Both the position numbers and the translations under genes were made by a program. The notes under the pieces are model-generated. The model saw nothing but the letters and a program-made list of their open reading frames with translations. It did not search any database and was not told where the DNA came from. A stretch of 64,000 bases of DNA, taken from contig JBJKQR010000012.1 in assembly GCA_046735395.1 (NCBI GenBank), positions 174,599 to 238,598 of the forward strand, given 5' to 3'. Below, in pieces: positions 1 through 6,048 of the stretch. The number at the start of each line of letters is the position of its first letter. The first letter of the stretch is position 1. The DNA comes from Fidelibacterota bacterium. Lineage in GTDB: Bacteria > Fidelibacterota > Fidelibacteria > Fidelibacterales > DSDE01.

Positions 1-501
1 CATGAAGGTATTGCCGAGAGTTCATCACCCGATGACAAGACGGTGGCGAAATTCTCCACCTGCTATGCCTGTCATGAGGAACTGGGAGCCAAACCGGAGT
101 CCCATGAACTGCACTGGGAAGCGCTGCACGGCGTCACGGCGGCTGCGGATGACGGCGAAAGCTGCTCTGCCTGCCATCGGGACGAAACCTGTATATCCTG
201 CCATGAAGGCGACAATACAGCCTTCCAGGTTCATCCCCAGAACTTCCTCCTGATTCACAAGACCGAGTTCATGACGGCCAATATGGAATGCGAAACCTGT
301 CACGAACATGACGAATGCGTGGAATGTCACCGCGTCAATGACGTGAAACCGCTGAACCACTCTTCCTCGAACTGGCTCAATTTCGGCCGGGGTGAGGGAG
401 GCGGAAACCATGCCGCCATGGGTGCATCCCGCATCGAATACTGCATGGCCTGCCATGAATCCGCGGATGAAGAACCCATCTGCGTTGTCTGTCACAAATA
501 A
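1..501 (+). CDS. multiheme c-type cytochrome, C-terminal part (5' end outside window)
   Basis: Frame 1 is open from base 1 (HEGIAESS...) to TAA at 501. Seven CXXCH motifs (CYACH, CSACH, CISCH, CETCH, CVECH, CMACH, CVVCH), six in closely spaced pairs, plus extra His residues. Confidence 0.93.
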   Translation, partial: HEGIAESSSPDDKTVAKFSTCYACHEELGAKPESHELHWEALHGVTAAADDGESCSACHRDETCISCHEGDNTAFQVHPQNFLLIHKTEFMTANMECETCHEHDECVECHRVNDVKPLNHSSSNWLNFGRGEGGGNHAAMGASRIEYCMACHESADEEPICVVCHK

Positions 502-556
502 TCCCTTGCCTCGCACAGGGTGAAAACGTATCTTAAAATAAAATAAGGAGCTCCCC

Positions 557-1048
557 ATGAAGAAGTTGTTTTCAATCCTCCTGATGGCCGTGTTCGTGTT
601 ATCGGCGTCCTCGCTCTTCGCCGGTGATTACAACGGTGCGTCAAAATGTATCATGTGCCATAAAAAACGGAATGAATCGCACGTGACGAAAGTCCAGGCC
701 ATGAAGCACTGGAAAGCCTTTGAATCGCTGAAAGCCGAAGATCAGAAAAAAGCCGAATGCGTGGTCTGTCATACGACCGGTTTCGGTAACGGCGGGTATG
801 AAATCAAGGATGCCGCCTTCTGGGCAAATACGGCTGACAAAGCAGTCAAGCATATGGCCGATCTGCAGTTCGTCGGGTGTGAAGCCTGCCATACGGATCT
901 GACCAATGCCGAAAATTTTTCAAATCACAAGAAAAGAGCCTACAAGCCGGTCATGCCCACGGAAGAAACCTGCAAGACCTGCCATAATAAAAAGAGCCCG
1001 AATTTCAAGGAAGTGAATTTCAAGGAAGAAATGGAAAAATTGAAATAA
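557..1048 (+). CDS. exported tetraheme cytochrome c (cytochrome c554-like)
   Basis: SD AAGGAG; Sec signal MKKLFSILLMAVFVLSASSLFA; four CXXCH motifs (CIMCH, CVVCH, CEACH, CKTCH); HWKAFESL, CHTTG and VGCEACH pattern typical of c554-like proteins. Confidence 0.9.
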   Translation: MKKLFSILLMAVFVLSASSLFAGDYNGASKCIMCHKKRNESHVTKVQAMKHWKAFESLKAEDQKKAECVVCHTTGFGNGGYEIKDAAFWANTADKAVKHMADLQFVGCEACHTDLTNAENFSNHKKRAYKPVMPTEETCKTCHNKKSPNFKEVNFKEEMEKLK

Positions 1049-1071
1049 GCTTCGGAATGAGGTTAGTTTAT

Positions 1072-1100
1072 AAGCCGCCTTCAACCAGGCGGCTTTTTTT
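1072..1100 (+). terminator. intrinsic terminator after the cytochrome genes
   Basis: AAGCCGCCT-TCAACC-AGGCGGCTT hairpin followed by a T run. Confidence 0.85.
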
Positions 1101-1112
1101 ATTCCCTGAATT

Positions 1113-1162
1113 TGTAACAAATTCTGACAGTGTCGGGAGGATGAGTGTAACGATTCGTTACA
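1113..1162 (+). promoter_or_regulatory. tandem TGT-N11-ACA boxes (candidate enhancer-binding protein sites)
   Basis: TGTAACAAATTCTGACA (1113-1129) and the perfect inverted repeat TGTAACGA-T-TCGTTACA (1146-1162), 33 bp apart. Confidence 0.55.
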
Positions 1163-1291
1163 ATAGTCGCTTCGGGTATGAATTGAAAAAACAGGTCTGG
1201 CCCGGCCTGAAAGCAGTAAGGGGAGCGCTTTCGGACTGAAATCGGGTAATCCAGGCCCGAATACGGCAAAAAGAGCCTGAAACCCGCATTC

Positions 1292-1307
1292 TGGCATGGA
1301 GCTTGTA
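1292..1307 (+). promoter_or_regulatory. candidate sigma54 -24/-12 promoter of the pilin cluster
   Basis: TGGCATGGAGCTTGTA vs consensus TGGCACG-N4-TTGCW; GG-N10-G spacing is exact, but the -12 C is T. Confidence 0.45.
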
Positions 1308-1320
1308 GCAGGATAACGAT

Positions 1321-1830
1321 ATGACGAGCGTGAAAACACATGCATCCGGTTTTACCATCCTTGAGCTGGTCATCGTCATTTCCATTCTCGGTACCCTGGC
1401 GGCCTTTGCCATTCCGTCATTTATTCATATCAATCAGGAAGCGAAAGTGAACAAGGCCATGACCGATATCAATACACTCGGATCGGCGGTGGTACAGAAA
1501 TTTCATGAACTGGCCGGCCTGTCGTCCGAGTGGCCCACCCTGGCCAATGCCAAATCCATGTCTGCTATTACGAACAGTACAGTCCTTTTTTACGAAAAGA
1601 CGAATTATTCCACCATTTACTGGGCGGATCTCTTTCAGTCCAAGACGGTACCGCTCTGTCCCATTGACAAACAGCCCTATCTCATGAATGTGATCAATAC
1701 CGGATCGGTGAATTATATCTCCGCGCCCGGCGGATCGGTGATGGCGAATATTGTGGACCCGGAGTTCAAGATTCTCTGGATTTCCCAATCCGCGCCGCCG
1801 GATACCCTGTCCGCCGTATTCCGGCCATGA
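1321..1830 (+). CDS. type IV pilin/pseudopilin-like protein 1
   Basis: Class III signal G|FTILELVIVISILGTLAAFAIP with Glu5 and Pro22. Confidence 0.9.
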   Translation: MTSVKTHASGFTILELVIVISILGTLAAFAIPSFIHINQEAKVNKAMTDINTLGSAVVQKFHELAGLSSEWPTLANAKSMSAITNSTVLFYEKTNYSTIYWADLFQSKTVPLCPIDKQPYLMNVINTGSVNYISAPGGSVMANIVDPEFKILWISQSAPPDTLSAVFRP

Positions 1831-1874
1831 TAAAAATTGATTGAATTGAAAAAAAAGCAATGAAGGAGACGACC

Positions 1875-2321
1875 ATGAACAAGAAAGGTTTTACACTCAT
1901 CGAACTCATTATGGTGATCGCCATTCTGGGTATCCTTGCCGCCTACGCAGTACCGAAATTCTTTGACCTCACCACCACGGCAAAGACAAAAACCATGCAG
2001 CAGATGCAGACCGAGATCAACAGCGGGATCCGCATGTATGGCGTGAAGGAACTGGCTGAAACCGGAGTCCGCCTTTTCCCGAATCCCAAATCCGCCGATG
2101 CGGCTACCATGCTCGATGCAGTACTGGATGATTATGATGCAGCGAAGCTGAGCTACCTGCCGGCTACGACCGATTCAACCGGCACCGGTGTATTCACCTA
2201 TGATGAAAACGGGGATTTGACCGCCGAGTATTACCTGACCTATACGTGTGCGCCCGGACTCACGGGATATACTCTGGCCCCAAAATTTGAAAATGGTGAC
2301 GGAGCAAGCGCGGTTCAGTAA
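1875..2321 (+). CDS. type IV pilin, probable major subunit
   Basis: SD AAGGAG before ATG 1875; short leader MNKKG|FTLIELIMVIAILGILAAYAVPKF; followed by a strong hairpin. Confidence 0.9.
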   Translation: MNKKGFTLIELIMVIAILGILAAYAVPKFFDLTTTAKTKTMQQMQTEINSGIRMYGVKELAETGVRLFPNPKSADAATMLDAVLDDYDAAKLSYLPATTDSTGTGVFTYDENGDLTAEYYLTYTCAPGLTGYTLAPKFENGDGASAVQ

Positions 2322-2342
2322 GACGCTCAATGTGTATTGATG

Positions 2343-2368
2343 ACAGGGAGGGGCAACCCTCCCTGTTT
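2343..2368 (+). terminator. stem-loop (partial terminator or mRNA stabiliser) after the putative major pilin
   Basis: Perfect 10-bp stem ACAGGGAGGG/CCCTCCCTGT, GCAA tetraloop, only a short T tail. Confidence 0.7.
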
Positions 2369-2405
2369 CGTAAAGGATTCAGGAAATATGAACGGAGACA
2401 GGACG

Positions 2406-2843
2406 ATGCGAAGAGCACGGGTTCAGGGAGGATTTTCTCTCATTGAGCTGCTGGTGGTCATTGGTATCATGACGCTTTTCGCCGTCATCGCCCTGCCCAA
2501 GTATTCCGATATCACGGCCCGGGCCAAGCTGGCCAAGACGAAGATGAATCTGCTCAATATCAAGAACGGATTCACGAATTACTATTATGACAGCATGCTG
2601 AAGGGAGGCGACGCCGTGTTTCCGCCCTTTCCGCCCGACAGCCTGCTCACCCGGGAATGGGCGACGGCCACGGTGATGGACGACGGCCGGACTGTGGCAT
2701 CCCTCTTTTCCGAGGGAAATATCATTTATAATCCCAACAACAATCCCTATGTTTATTCCGACCTTCCGCAGACGGACACGGAAAATAAGGGATTTGCACT
2801 CCGTGATACGGATTTCAAGGTTGAGATACACTTCCGCCCCTGA
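2406..2843 (+). CDS. type IV pilin/pseudopilin-like protein 3
   Basis: MRRARVQGG|FSLIELLVVIGIMTLFAVIALPKY; start placed at ATG 2406 after a purine-rich SD-like tract. Confidence 0.88.
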   Translation: MRRARVQGGFSLIELLVVIGIMTLFAVIALPKYSDITARAKLAKTKMNLLNIKNGFTNYYYDSMLKGGDAVFPPFPPDSLLTREWATATVMDDGRTVASLFSEGNIIYNPNNNPYVYSDLPQTDTENKGFALRDTDFKVEIHFRP

Positions 2844-2904
2844 AGGGGAACCGCCTGCACAGGTCGGTTCCGGGCCGAATTAATGGTTTAAAATTTGAAG
2901 AAAT

Positions 2905-3396
2905 ATGGATGATCTGAAGAGAAAAGACGGTCAGGCTCTGCGGGGTTTCACTCTCATTGAACTGATCGTTGTCATAGTACTGATCGGGGTCGTATCCATG
3001 GTGGCCTATCCGCGCATCGCCGATTATTACGCGGGAGTCCGGGCCGGCCAGGGGATTCGGACTCTGGCTCAGGATCTGGAATATGCCGAATTCTATGCAC
3101 GCACGCATGCCGACACGGTGTGGGTCGTCCTGGATCCCGGCAGCAATGCCTATTCAATATTTGCCGGTGACAGCACGGAAGCCCGGCAGCTCCTGCTCCA
3201 TCCGCAGAACAGCGGAAATTTCGTCGTGCAATTCGGTGCCGGGGATCATGTGAGCCTCCAGTCCACGACCTTTGCCGGGAATACTCTGATCATTGATAAA
3301 AACGGTTACCCGGTACAGGGCGGAATGGCTGTCCTCAACGGGAGTCATACCGTATCTGTCGCCTCCGGAACGGGAAGGGTGGCCGTCGATGAATAA
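2905..3396 (+). CDS. minor pilin/pseudopilin, FimT/FimU/GspH-like
   Basis: G|FTLIELIVVIVLIGVVSMVAYP; LAQDLEYAEFYA helix and C-terminal VSVASGTGRV typical of the GspH/FimT class. Confidence 0.85.
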   Translation: MDDLKRKDGQALRGFTLIELIVVIVLIGVVSMVAYPRIADYYAGVRAGQGIRTLAQDLEYAEFYARTHADTVWVVLDPGSNAYSIFAGDSTEARQLLLHPQNSGNFVVQFGAGDHVSLQSTTFAGNTLIIDKNGYPVQGGMAVLNGSHTVSVASGTGRVAVDE

Positions 3397-3829
3397 AGGA
3401 GATTCTATCTATACCAAATGGATACCCGGAGATGACAAACGCGGATTCACACTTCTGGAAATCGCCCTGTTCATCGCCATTGCCGCTGTGGGATTTATAA
3501 CAATAATTACTATTCTGAGCAGTACGGCCGGAAAATCCGCCGAGGCGCAGATCCGCGATACCATGATCAATCTGGCCCAGGAGCGGATGGATGTGGTCCG
3601 CGCGGCCGGATTTGATTATGCCCTCAACTTTCAGAATACGTCTGAAAATTCAATTTCAGACTTTCCGTATTATACGCGCCGTACACGGGTGCATTATCTG
3701 TCGGAAAACCTGGCTGACAGTTCGGGCACGGAGACACCCTTTATCCGCATTGTGGTGACCGTGAGCCATCCTGAACAGGCCGATGTGACCCTGTCAGCGT
3801 TCATTACTTCACTGGGACAATTGAGATGA
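3389..3829 (+). CDS. minor pilin/pseudopilin, PilV/GspI-like
   Basis: G|FTLLEIALFIAIAAVGFITI; NLAQERMD helix; C-terminal RIVVTVS; overlaps the upstream gene end. Confidence 0.82.
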   Translation: MNKGDSIYTKWIPGDDKRGFTLLEIALFIAIAAVGFITIITILSSTAGKSAEAQIRDTMINLAQERMDVVRAAGFDYALNFQNTSENSISDFPYYTRRTRVHYLSENLADSSGTETPFIRIVVTVSHPEQADVTLSAFITSLGQLR

Positions 3830-4392
3830 CAGTGCGCGTGATTCGGAACTGGCTTCGGGATGCAGATCCTTTCAGGAAAAACCGGCCTCAGGGAGGTTTC
3901 ACTCTCATTGAAATCATTGCCGCCGTCGTTGCCCTGTCCTTTGTGCTCTATATGTCCGTGGGACTGCTGTCACGCAGCGGACGCATCTATGAATTCATCC
4001 TCCAGCGCCAGAGCATTGCAAAAGCCAGCCGCCAGGCTCAGGAACGGATCTTTCAGGAAGTGAAACTTTCCGATTCGCTGATGGTGGCGGACCGGCAGGA
4101 ACTCAAGGTCCTGCCCGGATCCGGGAAAAACTGCAGCTATGTCATTACAGCAGACCGAATTACCCGCAGCGAGGACGGCGGCACACCGCAGATTCTGGTG
4201 ACGCATGTGAAGTCCGCCGCATCCTTTTTCCGTTATTATGATGCGAATGACCTGGAACTCAGTTCTGTCCCGCTCAGCGAAACAGATCTGCAGGCGGTAC
4301 GCTTCATTGAGGTGAACCTGGCCTTCCTGAACCGGGATCAGAGTCTGACAAGCCGCAGGCTCATTTATCTGGAAAATTTCCGCTTTAAATAG
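3826..4392 (+). CDS. minor pilin/pseudopilin, PilW/GspJ-like
   Basis: G|FTLIEIIAAVVALSFVL; FRYYD..D and VRFIEVNL...IYLEN C-terminal pattern; ATGA overlap with the previous gene. Confidence 0.82.
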   Translation: MTVRVIRNWLRDADPFRKNRPQGGFTLIEIIAAVVALSFVLYMSVGLLSRSGRIYEFILQRQSIAKASRQAQERIFQEVKLSDSLMVADRQELKVLPGSGKNCSYVITADRITRSEDGGTPQILVTHVKSAASFFRYYDANDLELSSVPLSETDLQAVRFIEVNLAFLNRDQSLTSRRLIYLENFRFK

Positions 4393-4449
4393 ACGTTCTG
4401 ACAGACAGGCTCCGACAGTTCTCTCCGGCTCATGCGCCGGAAGGGAACC

Positions 4450-4478
4450 TTGGATTCACAGGATTTATTTATTAAACT
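4450..4478 (+). promoter_or_regulatory. candidate sigma70 promoter of putP
   Basis: TTGGAT-17 bp-TAAACT, 30 nt upstream of the start codon. Confidence 0.4.
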
Positions 4479-4508
4479 TGGGCTGAAAAAACGATAAGGA
4501 GGCCTTTG

Positions 4509-5930
4509 ATGACACCGGTTCTCGGCGGATTGATCCTGTACCTCATTGTAGTACTTGCGGTGGGGCTGGCGGCATACAGAAAAAACGAAACCCATGAGGA
4601 TTATCTGCTGGCGGGCAGGAAGCTGGGGCCCTGGGCTATTGCACTGTCCGAGCGGGCCTCCGGCGAAAGTGCCTGGCTGCTCATCGGGCTGCCCGGTGCC
4701 GCACTGGCCAGCGGATATCTGGAACTGTGGGCTGCCCTGGGATGCCTGGCCGGAATCTTCGGCTCCTGGATCTTTATTGCCGCGCCGCTGAGAGAGATGA
4801 GCGGAAAATACGGGTCTCTGACTCTGCCTGATATGTTTGCCGCCCATTTCCGGGACGACAGCCACACTTTCAGGCTGATAGCCTCTCTCATCATCATCTT
4901 CTTTTTTACCTTTTATGTGGCGGCTCAGTTCAATGCCGCCGGCAAGGTTCTGAATGTGACCTTCGGCATGCCCCAGAGTACGGGAATGCTCATCGGGGCC
5001 GGGATCATCATAGTATACACGCTGCTCGGCGGGTTTTTCGCCGTGGTCTGGACGGATATGGTCCAGGCGGTCATCATGTTCACGACACTCGTCATTCTGC
5101 CGGTTGCCGGCCTGCTGGATGTGCTGCACAGCGATCCGGCTCTCATCCATGCCGGCAGCAGTGCCTGGTCGGGACTGCTGGGTGGAAAAACGGGAATGGG
5201 CGCATTTCTCGCTGTTCTGGGCGGTCTGAGCTGGGGACTGGGTTATACGGGACAGCCTCATCTTCTGGTCCGCTTCATGGCTATTCACAGCGGAGACGAG
5301 CTGCGTCGGGGCCGGGTCATTGCCTTTGTCTGGGCGGTGCCTGCTTTTCTCGGAGCTTTTTTTCTGGGAATTATCGGCTATAAACTCTATGGAATTGGTT
5401 ATTTCAGTGATCCGGAGCAGCTGATGCCCTTCATGGCTACGTCGCTCCTGCCGGGATGGGTGGCGGGCATTCTCATCTCCGGCGCCATCGCCGCCATGAT
5501 GAGTACGGCCGATTCGCAGCTGCTGGTAACCAGTTCGGCGCTGACGGAAGATCTGATCAACAAGAGCGGCCGTAAAAAATTCAGTTCAGCGCAGCTGCTC
5601 AGGGTAGGCCGGCTCACGACCCTGACGGTGGGAATCGTGGCTCTGATCATGGCCTTCCAGACCAGCGATCTGGTCTTTTCCATGGTTTCCTACGCCTGGT
5701 CGGGTCTGGGAGCCAGCTTCGGCCCGCTGCTCGTGCTGGTACTCTACTGGAAGGGCATCACCCGGAACGGCGCTGTGGCCGGAATGGTGACCGGCGCACT
5801 GTCCACGGTAATCTGGAAAAATATCGCAGTGCTGCAGGCGGCCGTTTCGGAACGCCTCGCGTCCTGGGTCATCGCCTTCATCGTCATCATCGCCGTATCT
5901 CTTATTGAAAACCAACGAACAAAATCATAA
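4509..5930 (+). CDS. putP: sodium/proline symporter (SSS family)
   Basis: SD AAGGAGG; about 12-13 TM segments; EDYLLAGRKLGPW, SGESAWLLIGLPG, GQPHLLVRFMA, AAMMSTADSQLL. Confidence 0.9.
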   Translation: MTPVLGGLILYLIVVLAVGLAAYRKNETHEDYLLAGRKLGPWAIALSERASGESAWLLIGLPGAALASGYLELWAALGCLAGIFGSWIFIAAPLREMSGKYGSLTLPDMFAAHFRDDSHTFRLIASLIIIFFFTFYVAAQFNAAGKVLNVTFGMPQSTGMLIGAGIIIVYTLLGGFFAVVWTDMVQAVIMFTTLVILPVAGLLDVLHSDPALIHAGSSAWSGLLGGKTGMGAFLAVLGGLSWGLGYTGQPHLLVRFMAIHSGDELRRGRVIAFVWAVPAFLGAFFLGIIGYKLYGIGYFSDPEQLMPFMATSLLPGWVAGILISGAIAAMMSTADSQLLVTSSALTEDLINKSGRKKFSSAQLLRVGRLTTLTVGIVALIMAFQTSDLVFSMVSYAWSGLGASFGPLLVLVLYWKGITRNGAVAGMVTGALSTVIWKNIAVLQAAVSERLASWVIAFIVIIAVSLIENQRTKS

Positions 5931-6048
5931 ATCAGGCCTGACGGCCCGGCGTCGCTGACCTGCCCGGGGGCAGGACGGCGCTGCGGCGGCATTCAGTTTA
6001 TTTTACCTCTTCTGACAACCTGACGCGCCCCGAGGGTGTCTATGCAGT

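Noticed and set aside
1160..1290. c-di-GMP riboswitch upstream of the pilins
   Set aside because: GGCAAA is present but I could not build the GEMM P1/P2 structure; an Rfam cmscan would settle it.
5931..6010. GC-rich hairpin after putP as terminator or riboswitch
   Set aside because: The CCTGCCC/GGGCAGG stem is real, but the U tract is not adjacent and no aptamer is recognisable.
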